This document shows positions 1-11,915 of a DNA stretch of 64,000 bases, piece by piece. This DNA is from Macrostomum lignano (taxonomy: Eukaryota): the NCBI GenBank assembly GCA_002269645.1, contig NIVC01001068.1, positions 1 to 64,000 on the forward strand, written 5' to 3'. The notes under the pieces were generated by a model. That model saw only the letters and a list, made by a program, of their open reading frames with translations, was not told where the DNA came from and searched no databases. Within the stretch, counting starts at the first letter, position 1. Each line of letters begins with the position of its first letter. The position numbers were made by a program, and so were the translations under genes.

Positions 1-1738
1 TGCACTTAAAATTAAACACACTATTTTTATACTATTTTTTTATTTTTAAGCATTAAGCATTTGATTTATCATTTTATTCATTTAGCCTAGAAAAGAATTT
101 TTTGGGATTTGAAAGTTTTGAAAGTTGTGACTAAGAAAAATTTATGACAAAAAAAAATTAGACTGAATTTCTTCATTTGTTTCTTTCATTTTACTAACAA
201 TAATTAGCTTACATTTCTACCTGCACCATTTTTTTGCCTTGCGCAAAAAATGATTTTGTTGTAAATGGCAGTACTAATGAGTAGGTCTAAGTGAGTGTTG
301 AGACTAAGACTGCAACTACAACTACAAAGCCTTAACTGAGATGGCTGCTCTGAGTAGATTGATATTTGATAGGTCTACAATATTACAAATTTATAATATA
401 ACATATAAGTATTAATTAGGCATATTAAGTTTCAATTGACATTATATATGTATAGGCTACTATATATGCCTAGGGCTATTATGGCCTATATGGGTTAGGC
501 CTAGCTAATAGGCCTAGCTAATTATATAAAGGCACAATAAAAGGTTGCATCTAAAAAGATATAGGAGTATGAAACCATATTTTTTAATGCACCATATTCT
601 TTTTAGTTTTTTAAGTAGCAATCCTACTAGGCTACTATTCCTAGTAGTACTAGGAAAGCAACATGTAGTTTAATATAAGATAATTGCAATACTAGAAAAA
701 ATATAATTTTTTATTTTAAAAATGCTGATAAATGAACAAGTGTCAATGAGTAGATAAGATAAAAGATGTTAATATTTGATAAATAGAAAATAGAGTGAAT
801 AAAATGTATTTTCAAAGTTTGAATTTTATATATACATAAACCAAAGGCAACAAGATAAAAATTGTTGAAATAAAATGTTTTTATCATTGATATTAATAAC
901 CTTAGAATTATTTTGGTGGCACTCTGCAAACTGGTAGACTAGTTAAAGCTATGATCTAATGTAGATCCTTTTTACTTTGCCAAATGAACCTATGAAAAAG
1001 AGGCATTTTTGAAAATTAGACTTGCATCTTTGTTGGCATTGTTATCTATATTCAAATATAAAGTTAAAAGAAATTGTGAAAAATTATCTAGGCCTATTTG
1101 GATTTCTTTGAGTTTGCAATTGACCATAGGCCCTACATTAGATAAGACTTGTAAGTCATTAAAAGTCCTTTGATTTTCAGGTCTTTAAAATTGAAAGCCC
1201 TCATGTATTTTCAAAAAAGAATAGAATATATTTAAATGAGTTAAAATTCTTTAAAATACATTTTAAATTTTTGAAGTTTACATTATAAGTGAATTTATTC
1301 ACTCACAAAAACTAATTAATTCATTTATTAATGTTCTTTGTCCACTCACTGATATCATCAGTAAGTGGGCATTTTGTGCTTTTTTAATAATATGATGCCT
1401 TTCACAAAAATAATTTCAATCAGGCTCCTATAGTAAAACATTTCATTTTAAAAGAAAGACTTCTATTTTTGGTACAAGAAAAAGGCCCTCCACACATATA
1501 AAGGACAAAGTTTAGACAAAGTACAAAACTTATAGTTTCACTATTTGTGTTTTTATTAAAAGTATTAAATATTTATCAAGTAATGTGTAAAAAGATCTAG
1601 CCAAAACAGTTTTGATTTTCCATAAGCACTGCAGTGAATGTATATTAGAACTATAAATATCAAACAATCAAAAAAGTGAGAATGTATTTTTTCATTTGAA
1701 ACTACCCCCGTGCCTCACTGCCTCCTAATTCATGTCCA

Positions 1739-4700
1739 ATGTCTGAACTACCAGCATCGCCAGAGTTATCAGGCTCTACAAAAAGAGGCTTGGAAATTGA
1801 CTGGCACGCTTTCATCAGCGGTCAGGACGAAGTCGAAGCCAAATCTGAACCAGCCTCAAGAGATCCCTCGCCAGTTGCTGGCGACGCTGCCGCTGAAAAC
1901 ACTGTGGCTGCCACTGCACCCAGCCGAGGTCGCGGTAGGCCCCGTAAAACTGCCGGTACACCCGCCAAGCAGAAGGTTTTCAGTGCTGAAAAACGACTTC
2001 AAAAGCTGCTAGAATTCAAAGCCGAAGTTAACGAAAAGAAGACGACCCGCCTGCACCAGAGCATGAGCCTGCGGTGCTGCAGGAGTCTGTGAAGTCTGGC
2101 CAGCGCTATGCGGCTTACAAGCGAGGCACAAAGGCGGAGCGACTGAAGCGCCTGGAAGAGAAGCACATGGCAGCCCTGTGCGGCGTGGTTGTGTACAGCG
2201 CAGCGAAGCGGAGCGGCCAGGAGAGCGCGCGAGGTCGTCAAGCCAGAGGAGGCCGAGGCGGCAGAGTCAGCAGCCGAAGATTCGGTGGCAGAGTCAGCAG
2301 GCGATGAGGCAGCGGCTGTGAAGGCGGAACCAGCAGCGGCGGCCTCTGAAGCAGCGGACGAGACGGCACCAGCTGATGACGGCAGGCGGAGGTCGAAGAA
2401 GCCGCGCCGATTCATCGACGAAGAGGAGAGCGGCGGGGAGCGTCGAAAGCAGCCGCAGCAGCAGCAGCAGCCGGTGATGGCGGAGGAGGCGTCACGGCAG
2501 CAAAAGAAGAAGGCGGGCAAACAGAAGCGCCGATCGACCAGCGAGGGAGCAGCCGGCAGTGGCGGCGCCTCATCAGCAGAGAAAAAGCAGCGACGGCGAA
2601 AGCGGAAGAGCGACGCTCTGCCTGAGGCGGCGGCAGTGAAGGAAGAGCAGCTGGCGGGTGATGAGGCGGCAGGGAAGCTGGAGACTGCAGCGGTGGCAGA
2701 GCCGAAGCGAAAGGCAAAGATGAAGATTGCGGACTCGAGTGTTGAGGAGGCAGAGGCGATCGATTTACTGCAGCGTGTGTGGATGCGCAGCTCTGCTGAT
2801 CTCGCTGCAGGGCAAGATTGACATCTGCAAGACCTGCTACACGGCCTTCACTGCTAGTCTTCGCTCAGCCAGTCAGCAGAGCGATTTGGAGTGCGACTGC
2901 GGAGGCTGTGCCAAGTGCAGGGCTGTTGCTGTGCTCAAATCGGGCATCGATCTGTCTGTCTACTCAGTTGCTAAGGGCTTTCCCAGCTGGGTGAGTCGCT
3001 ACGGAGAGCGACCAAAGCCTCAGGCTGATTCTGCTGAATCAGGTGGCAAGAAAGCTGTAAAGATAAAGAGGCCATCAGTTGAAGCAGCTCAGCGAATGGG
3101 CTCTCTGTATGACTCGGTGAGTCGGGGCCAACTGCGGCAGTGCGTGCAGGCAGTGACTGGAGACACGGGATCCGTGGCAGTGGATGTGCCGCAGGAGATG
3201 TCGAACAGAGAAGAGGCTTGGCGTGATGGAGTAGCCGTATTCGGTCGGAAGGGATCTGTGCCCGATATAAGCCAGCCGCAGTGCTTATTGTGCGGTAGCG
3301 GTGGTGCAGAGCAGGATCTGATGCTGAGATGCAGCTGCTGTACTGAGCAGTTTCACCTGTACTGCCTGTCTGTATGCGAGCGGCCTCTGTGGTCCGGCCT
3401 GACACCTTGGCGATGCGCCCGTTGCCTTGTGTGCCGAGTGTGCAAGCGGTCTGGGACAGCGTGTCGCAGCTGCATCAAGTGCGGGGCTGCCTACCATCCA
3501 GACTGTCTTGAAGAGAGTCGAGGGTACAGCGTGAAGGACTGGCAGCTGTGCTGCGACTGTGCAGCCTGTAAGCACTGCGGCAAAGTATTCAGCGATGACT
3601 GGTCAGACTGGGACAACTTGTGCCAGCACTGCGAGAGCACCGAGGTGACTTGCCACGAGTGTCATCGGGTCACCTCTCTGATTGGCAATTCATTGGCGTG
3701 CTCCACCCAGACTGCAAGAATGTGGTGCACGCCACCTGCGCTGGCATCAATGACGAGCTGTACCACGTGTACCTGGTGAACGAGCAGCTGGACTTTTTCT
3801 GTCGGGACTGCGACTCTCGGGGCTTCCACGCTCTGAAGGCCGCCTGCGTGAAGGACCTCCGAGCCAGGATCCGCGCCCTGAGCGAGAGCCTCGGACTGCC
3901 GTCTCGGCCTCAGCAGCTGGACGGCGTCCTGGACGACATTGATGAGGCCAGGCATGAGGCTGCGGCTGAGAAGATCTTCTGCAGGATGCCTCCGTACCAG
4001 GAGTTCAGCTCGGGACACGACCTGGTCAAAGCCATCATCATTGAGCTCATCGAGGCCTGCAAGGTAAGCTGAGACGGGGGAACCATTCTTTGTTACTTCT
4101 AGAAGCAGACCCTAGGCAGAAGCCTTCCTTTTCTGCTCCTAGTAGCAGATCCTCAGCAAACCATTGCAATTCCAGAAGCAACCTCCTCTCCATCCACAGA
4201 TCCCTGACAAGCTGCCGGACTGTGCGCTGCTGTCAACGGCCCTAGACAAAGGAGTTGCTGCGCTGTTCTCGTGGCTTCGCCTTGCTGATCTCCGCGCGGA
4301 GGTCCTGGATGCAGCGCCAAGATGCCCGGAGCCGGTGGACGCTGACGCGTTGAGCTGCTCGATGATGAAGGAGTGCCGGGAGCTGTCAGTGAGGAAGCTG
4401 AGAGAGGCGACTGCAGTTGATGGAGCTGGCGAATGCGAGCTGTGCGGTCAGAGGAAGCAGGACTCGGTGCTCGGGCGGCTGCTGCCAAGCGCGCGGACCT
4501 CCTGGATTCACGCGGGCTGCGCGCTGTTCTCGCCGGAGATTCGAGTTGACGAGAGCGACTGCATTCAGGGAGTTCGGGCTGCTGTGCGCAGAGCTCGGGC
4601 AACAGGTGCTCAGAGTGCGGCAAGGTGGGAGCGAGCATCGACTGTCTGAGCCTGTCGTGTCCTCGGGTTTGTCACCTTGGCTGCGCCCTGACGTCTGGCT

Positions 4701-7618
4701 GGCAGTTCAGCGACCTCTGCGAGTGCCGCTGCAGCGACTGCGCCGACATTGCAGAGTTTGCAGGCTGCGACCTTCCGCCCAGCGACTTTGGCCGCCTGTT
4801 GTGCCAGCGGCTGGTGGTGGGTGCAGCGGACCAGAGCCTCTGCGAGGTGTCCCTGCCGCCTGATGAGGTGACCGTCAGGATTGGCGGCCTGTTGATCACC
4901 CGGCTTGGCTGCCTGCGTGCAGAGTCCGGCTCCATGGGCACCGTGCTGCTGCCTGTGGGCTTTAGGGCCCAGCGCCAGTTCTGGAGCATCCGGGAGGCTG
5001 GCAAGATCAGCATCTACGACTGGAGACTGCAGGCTGAGGCTGGCAAGGTGCGCTTTGTGCTGGCGTCTCGCGAAGAGTCCTTGCGACTGTGCGCCTCCCA
5101 TCCAGTCACGGTGATGAGGCGGCTGTGCCAGATGGTGGGCGAGTGCTGGACAGCGCAGGTCAACGGGCGGAAGCCGCTGCTACTGGCAGGTGAGAGATTT
5201 GTCCTGCTGTAGCCTTGATCTGAACTTATTGAATGTTGGAAGCATTCCTATTTCAAATGGACTTGACAGTGTAGCCAGTTAGTCCTCCGTAACTAATAAA
5301 CACAACTCATGCTCGATTCAAATCTAATGTATCACATCTCCAATTCAATGCATCCTAAATCCCAAATCCTGTAATATTCACATTTATAATCCTACATCCC
5401 AAATCCTGTAATATTCACATCTCTAATCCCCTACATCCCAAATCCTGTAATATTCACATCTCTAATCCCCTACATCCCAAATCCTGTAATATTCACATCT
5501 CTAATCCCCTGCATCCCAAATCCTGTAATATTCACATCTCTAATCCCCTACATCCGAAATCCTGTAATATTCACATTTCTGATCCCCTACATCCGAAATC
5601 CTGTAATATTCAAATCTCTAATCCCCTACACCTGTTGGAAAAGTGATGCACCTGTGTATATAGGCTTAAAAGGTGAGCGAGGTGCACAAAAGAGGCACTT
5701 TGGTGGCCTATTTCGTGCATGTTTTGGAAAGGCACATGAGTGCACCTTTTATGCCTAAGTGTCACCAATATTTTTGAAAAGAGGCATGAAAGGTATAAAA
5801 TCGGTGAAGTGGTCAGGCAGTGGGTGAATTCTCAATTTTGATTGGTTGCGGCGGTAGGGGCAGTAAAGGTGTGTAAGGGGCACTGGAGGTGCGCAAAAGG
5901 TGAAGAGTAGGCTCACAAGTGACGGGAGGTGCAGAAGGGGCACAGAAAGTGCATGAAAGGTGAATTTGAGGTGGGCGTACATGATTCTAATTATACTACT
6001 TCTTTCAGTTTGCCTGAGTAAATAGGTGCATACAGGTGCATTTCCAAAACAAGCACGAAATAGGCCACTAAATATAAATGTCTCTTTTGTGCACCTCGCT
6101 CACCTTTTATGCCTACGCAGTTGCATAACTTTCCAATGGGAATTAGTAATAAAAATTAACTGAGAGTTACATACTCGTATATTGCAGGCACAGATTGAAC
6201 ATAGAAAAGCTTTATTTACACCTATACTAATCGCGGCTATCCCCTTCCTGATTCTGGCCAACCACGATAGTAAACATTCCCTATACCGATAAGTTCCAAT
6301 GACTTTCAAATACTGAGGAAAAGTTGCGAAAAGTGGTGAAAAGTTTTGCATCAGTGTGGAAAAGTTTCGAATCTTTCCAAAGAATAGTGAGGAAAAGTAG
6401 CAAAGAAAAGTTGGAATGCCCCTTGCATTGCTTCTACACCTAAAGTGCCCACTGTGCACCTTTTGTTCACCTTTTGTGCCTCCAATGCACACACTGCACC
6501 TTTAATGCACCTAACTCCCCTATGACACCTGTGCCCCTACCGCATATTTCATGCCTTAAATTCACCTTTTGACCCTGCAGAGGCACTCAGGTGAACACGC
6601 GGTGCACAAGTGGAACAAAATAGGCATAAGAGAGGCGAAAGTGAGGCAAAAGGTGCAAAACTCTTCACCTTTTATGCCTACTTTAGAAAATCAAAATCCA
6701 ACGGGACATCCCAAATCCTAAATCCTGTAATATTCACATCTCTAATCTCTTCCATTCCAAATCCCAAATCCTATACATTTAGATTCGCAATGCAGTGCTT
6801 ACTAAATGATATTTCCTCATTCCCTAGTATCTACCACCTAGTATTTCTCCCTCAATTTCACAGGCAACGGCTGGAGCTCAGTGGGAATTGTCCATCCCAG
6901 AGTTGTGTGGTGCGTGGAGCAGCTGGGATTCTGCCGCGGCTACTCTCCTAAGTATTTAATCCACCGCTGGGCGCAGCTGCGCAAGCAGGAGTCTTCGCCA
7001 AACGCCAGCGGCTGCGCCCGCTCAGAGCCGTTCAAGGCAGCCAGCAGGCCGGAGGCTGCAGCAGGCAACTCGCAGTTGAAGCGCACCTTCAGCTTCCTGC
7101 TGAGCTCAGCCCGCAGGCCCGTGACGACAGTTGAGCAGCAGTGCAGCGAGGAGGCTGCGGTGGTCACAGTGCGCAACCAGATTCGTGTGGCCCGCAGTGA
7201 GCATTGGCAGTGCAGAGTCCAGGTGCTACCATCCAGTATCCATGGCCTGGGCCTGTTCGCTGTGCGGCCGTTTGCGAAGGCCGAGTTCATAGTTGAGTAC
7301 ACTGGAGAGCTCATCAGAGCCAGCCTGTCTGAGGCCAAGGAGAAATTCTACCAGAGCCGCAACATTGACTGCTACCTGTTCAAGGTGAACTGGCAGTGGG
7401 TGATTGACGCCAGCATGAAGGGTGGCCCAGCGCGCTTCATCAACCACAGCTGCTCACCAAACTGCGTGACTCGAGTCATGGACCAGCGAATTCTGATTGT
7501 TGCTGGGCGGGACATCGCGGCTGGAGAGGAGCTGACGTACGATTACCGGTTTGATAAGGAGGAGGACAAGGTGGCCTGTCACTGCGGGTCCGTGAGCTGC
7601 AGGAAGTTCCTCAACTGA
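1739..7618 (+). CDS. trx: Trithorax/KMT2-family histone H3K4 methyltransferase. Three exons (1739-4063, 4149-5189, 6864-7618), about 1374 aa after correcting five apparent frameshifts.
   Basis: Domains in order: AT-hook (GRGRPRK); C4 finger (CSVC..CKTC..CAKCR); three PHD fingers; bromodomain-like remnant (EFSSGHDLVKAII); ePHD (WIHAGCA..CHLGCA); FYRN (VRIGGL..PVGFRAQRQFWS); FYRC; Win motif (GCARSEP); SET (RFINHSC, ELTYDY); post-SET (CHCGSVSCRKFLN*). GT/AG splice phases are consistent. Trx rather than Trr is less certain than KMT2 family membership. Confidence 0.88.
5351..5630. repeat. 39-bp minisatellite (CATCCCAAATCCTGTAATATTCACATCTCTAATCCCCTA) in KMT2 intron 2; it resumes at 6706-6750 after an insertion
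   Basis: About 7 tandem copies read directly; the same unit reappears immediately after 6705. Confidence 0.9.
5631..6705. mobile_element. Non-autonomous DNA transposon with 3-bp TSD (ACA), possibly CMC/CACTA-like
   Basis: Termini CCTGTTGGA...TCCAACGGG (9-bp TIR, one mismatch). ACA is duplicated at 5628-5630 and 6706-6708 within the array unit. Subterminal AAAAGGTG/CACCTTTT and GGTGCA/TGCACC motifs; internal ~75-bp inverted repeat at 5661-5735 and 6037-6114. Confidence 0.75.
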
Positions 7619-8152
7619 TTGAGTAGCTTTTGAGCTGACTGGGTGTTTTGGTTGAGTAGGATTGAGTGACTCAGCTGAGTGAGTAGCTTTTGAGCTGACT
7701 GGGGTGTTTCGGTTGAGTAGGATTGAGTGACTCAGCTGAGTGAGTAGCTTTTGAGCTGACTGGGGTGTTTTGGTTGAGTAGGATGGAGTGACTCAGCTGA
7801 GTAAGTAGCTTTTGAGCTGACTGGGGTGTTTCGGTTGAGTAGGATTGAGTGACTCAGCTGAGTGAGTAGCTTTTGAGCTGACTGGGTGTTTTGGTTGAGT
7901 AGGATTGAGCGACTCAGCTGAGTGAGTAGCTTTTGAGCTGACTGGGTGTTTTGGTTGAGTAGGATTGAGCGACTCAGCTGAGTGAGTAACTTTTGAGCTG
8001 ACTGGGGTGTTTTGGTTGAGTAACTCAGCTGAGTGAGTAGCTTTTGAGCTGACTGGGGTGTTTCGTTTGAGTAGGATTGAGTGACTCAGCTGATTGAGTA
8101 GCTTCTGAGCTGACTGGGGTGTTTGGTTGAGCGACTCAGCTGATTGAGTAGC
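7615..8152. repeat. 60-61-bp minisatellite starting at the KMT2 stop codon
   Basis: Unit GAGTAGCTTTTGAGCTGACTGGGGTGTTTTGGTTGAGTAGGATTGAGTGACTCAGCTGAGT, about 9 copies. Confidence 0.92.
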
Positions 8153-8937
8153 CAGCGTTTTTGCAGCTGTTTTGTTTTTAGTACATCTGAAATTGTGCAT
8201 AACTGCGACTTCAAATATTACCTTTGCACGTCTGCTTGATTTGTATTTGTGCTCTCGTGTAACCCTATAAACATTCTGTACAGTTTAGTGCAAGCTGAAG
8301 CTAGATTAGCAGCTTGAACTTGTACGCTAATCTTCATTATTATGCTAGTATTCCAAGTATTAAATTAATAAAAATAATCATGTTTGTTGTGCAATCGCTT
8401 ATTACTTTCGGGGAATAGTTTCTGTTGTATTTCTCAAATAAATTAATTTGTAGCTGGTGTATGTATTGTCTTATTCATCATGTTAATGATGTCAACAATA
8501 GTTAGCTATGAACTATTTTTATCAAGAAGACTACTTTGTGTAATTTTTGTTGCTTGTATATTTCAATATGTGCATATGCTATCTCAGCGCTTGTCAATAG
8601 TAGCACGAATAGCAAATTTAATTAACTTTAACTTTTTGTTAAAATACAATCAAATACATTTATCTGCGTGGCGTCTTGCCCTGATTTCTGGTTGCAAGGC
8701 AAAGTTTTTTACTTTATAATGGCAATAGATATTTTTAACAGGATTTGTTAAACTTTTTTGTGTTATTTTACTGGGTGCAGTCTGTAAACTGGATTCTACT
8801 GACTTATGAATGCTTCATAAACTCAAGAACGTGCTTTTTAAAAGTAAGTCAGTTGTGGCTACCAATCTAGTGCCCCCCTCGGGGTGCCCAATAGGCAAGG
8901 GACAAATTATTTTAAATTAGGAAAACTATCCTATTTG

Positions 8938-9541
8938 CCTTGACACCTAAGCAATTCCCCCAGTAAGCCTCGACATCTTAGCAATTCCCCAAGTAAGCCT
9001 TGACATCTTAGCGATTCCACAAGTAAGCCTTGACATCTTAGCGATTCCCCCAGTAAGCCTTGACATCTTAGCGATTCCCCAAGTAAGCCTTGGCACCTTA
9101 GCGATTCCACAAGTAAGCCTTGACATCTTAGCAATGCCTTGACATCTTAGCGATTCCACAAGTAAGCCTTGACACCTTAGCGATTCCACAAGTAAGCCTT
9201 GACATCTTAGCAATGCCTTGACATCTTAGCGATTCCACAAGTAAGCCTTGACATCTTAGCGATTCCACAAGTAAGCCTTGACATCTTAGCGATTCCACAA
9301 GTAAGCCTTGACATCTTAGCGATTCCACAAGTAAGCCTTGACATCTTAGTGATTCCACAAGTAAGCCTTGACATCTTAGCAATGCCTTGACATCTTAGCG
9401 ATTCCACAAGTAAGCCTTGACATCTTAGCGATTCCACAAGTAAGCCTTGACATCTTAGCGATTCCACAAGTAAGCCTTGACATCTTAGCGATTCCCCCAG
9501 TAGGCCTTGACATCTACGCAATTCACCCAGTAAGCCTCGGC
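8938..9541. repeat. 30-bp minisatellite (CCTTGACATCTTAGCGATTCCACAAGTAAG) with interspersed truncated units
   Basis: Direct tandem copies; explains the LRCQGLLVES ORFs. Confidence 0.93.
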
Positions 9542-10681
9542 ATGTTTATTACGAGCTACATTTTGCGGCAAAATATTCTGCTTTTGGCGGTTCCTGTCGA
9601 AGATAAGATGCGAGCCTAGTTTCTCACGAACGCCATAAATAAGCGTACGCACTTGAAAATATTGCTGTAGCTAATTTAACTCATTACGTAGTTATTATTG
9701 TCTAAGAAAATGCTAAATGAAAAGAAAAAAAGAACAGTGAGGCGAAGCATTCTGTGAATTCGCAATAGCTGTAAAATTACACTCGTACAAGTACAACTAA
9801 AACTGCATAATTTAGAAATGCAAACCAAAAAGTTTATTCATCTCTAGATACTCTTCAATACTCCAATCTTATAGAATACGAGGCCAACTCCTCCGTTGGA
9901 GGAAAAAGGGAATAGAACTCCCATCGCCAGAATTCCATTCCCTGAAATCCATCAGCTGAATCCCATGACCGGAATCCTATCTTCCAAATGGCCTCCGCGA
10001 AACAAATCCTATCCGTGAAACAGAACTTCATCATCTCTTCATGAAACTGAAATCTATCAAAATCCCCTCTGTTAAACGACATCTAACAATATCATCTCCG
10101 TCAACCAATACTAATAAATTTAAATTTAAATCACTGGTTAGAGTTATAAGGTTAGGGTTAGGGATACACAGAGCAGCCTGTTAAAAGGCGCTGATAATAA
10201 AAAATTGAACCAATTGATGGCGTAATCGATTTCTCCGCCAGTCAGTATCATTCTCAGTTAAAGTTACAAAAATGGTTACGCAATCTAAATCAACTTAACC
10301 CTCCAATACACAACGATCCCCTTCCAATACACAGAGCCAGTTTAGAAGTTGAACCCCTTCCCAAATTTATCTATTACGTCTCGCAAAAATGAGTACAATC
10401 TTTGCAAAAAGGTAAAACTATGAAAAGTGATTTTGAATGATGTGCTTTCTGTTTTCATATTTAAAGCAAACAACTTAGATCACCGAACTCAGCGTAGAAA
10501 GCTGCAAATAAAGCTATGGACCAAAAGGTGAATGCTTGTTGCACCAAATTAAATGCCGCTGAACCAACTTTGCTACCACAGACAAAAACTCCATTTTGAT
10601 AAATCTTACTCATTTTTGTTTCGCTTGATCTTCACTTTTAGCATTCTTCACTTTTCACACCATCGCTGAGGCAGTTCTGCC

Positions 10682-11130
10682 CATGGAGGAAAGAATAGAA
10701 TGGAGTGCTAATCTGAGCCAGTTATTTTTATCTCGCTCGATTTTCGCTTTTAACATCCCTTTCCCCCCGTTCCTTCCTATTGGCAGGATTCTCACATTGG
10801 ATGGCTTTTTATCACTTTGCTTATCCTTTATAGTATATGGCCCATAGACTAAGGCTGCACGCAGCCAGGCCCTTCGCAGTCAGCGTAGGCAGGATTCTCA
10901 CTTTGGATGGCTTTATTCTCAGTTAGGCTGACAAAACCAATACTATGCTGGGACAGACCTTTCAGAGGGGAACGAAAACGAAAACGAGACGAAAAATACT
11001 TTGTCTATGGCAGTCACGAGCCAATAGGAAAGAACGGGGGGGGGGGGGGAAAGGGATGTTAAAAGTGAAGATCGAGCGAGATAAAAATAACTGGCTCAGA
11101 TTAGCACTCCATTCTATTCTTTCCTCCATG
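10682..11130. mobile_element. MITE with long TIRs and 8-bp TSD (hAT-like termini CATGG...CCATG)
   Basis: TSD GTTCTGCC at 10674-10681 and 11131-11138; about 90-110-bp inverted repeats at both ends. Confidence 0.85.
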
Positions 11131-11263
11131 GTTCTGCCCATTCCGCTGAATCCTGGGACCGATTTCATGAGCAACTGGTAAATTACCAGTTAGCAGCAGC
11201 TACAATAACCGCGGATATTCAGCAGTCTGCTAAAATCTGATTTCATGAAGGAACTGGTAAATA

Positions 11264-11915
11264 CACTCAGCAACATTTAAAACGCAACACTCTGACTAGA
11301 AGAAAAATCAACTCACTCAGAAGAGTCAAAGCGCATAGTCTATGGTTCAAATCGAGCTTCAGAAACGCGTGTAGCCTCCTCTCGCAAGTAACAGGGCGTT
11401 GACTCGACGTGGCATTCCCAGAACAAGGCGTCGAAAAAAGTCCTGGGGAATTTCCTGCCACGCGTTAGCAACAGCGTTTCGCAGTTCAGCGACTGTCTGC
11501 GGCGGATTCTGCCGTTGAACACTCCGCTTGATAAAGTCCCAGACATGTTCAATTGGGTTCATATCAGGGGATCTTGAAGGCCACCGAAGAGTACGCAGGT
11601 GCAGCTGGTCCTTGAGTTCGCTGACTCTTTGTTGAAGGCGACCTCCCGAAGTGGTTCGCAACTGTTCGAAGAGTACAACCTGCTTCCAACATTCCGACTG
11701 CTCGCCATCTTTCCGCGTCTGTCATCTGTTGAACCATTCTCTCAGCTGGATCACTCTATCTGAAAACAGTCCATAGTCATCGCCCTGTTACTTGCGAGAG
11801 GAAGCTACACGCGTTTCTGAAGCTCGATTTGAACCATAGACTATGCGCTTTGACTCTTCTGAGTGAGTTGATTTTTCTTCTAGTTAGAGTGTTGCGTTTT
11901 AAATGTTGCTGAGTG
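11264..11915 (-). mobile_element. Internally deleted Tc1/mariner element
   Basis: TA TSD (11262-63, 11916-17); ~136-bp TIRs starting CACTCAGCAAC. The minus strand has the transposase N-terminal HTH from ATG 11737 (MVQQMTDAERWRAVGMLEAGCTLRTVANHFGRSPS), joined out of frame near 11630 to the C-terminal WPSRSPDMNPIEHVW segment ending at 11359. Confidence 0.92.

Noticed and set aside
3912-3940. QLDGVLDD resembling a Taspase-1 site (QxD/GxDD)
   Set aside because: It has one extra residue, and it lies in the bromodomain-like segment where it aligns better with MLL1 PLDLEGV than with the FYRN-FYRC spacer.
10151-10163. GGTTAGGGTTAGGG telomere-like motif (also degenerate TTAGG runs at about 58500-58590)
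   Set aside because: Only two units; such GGTTA runs are common in repeat fragments and there is no evidence of a chromosome end or fusion.
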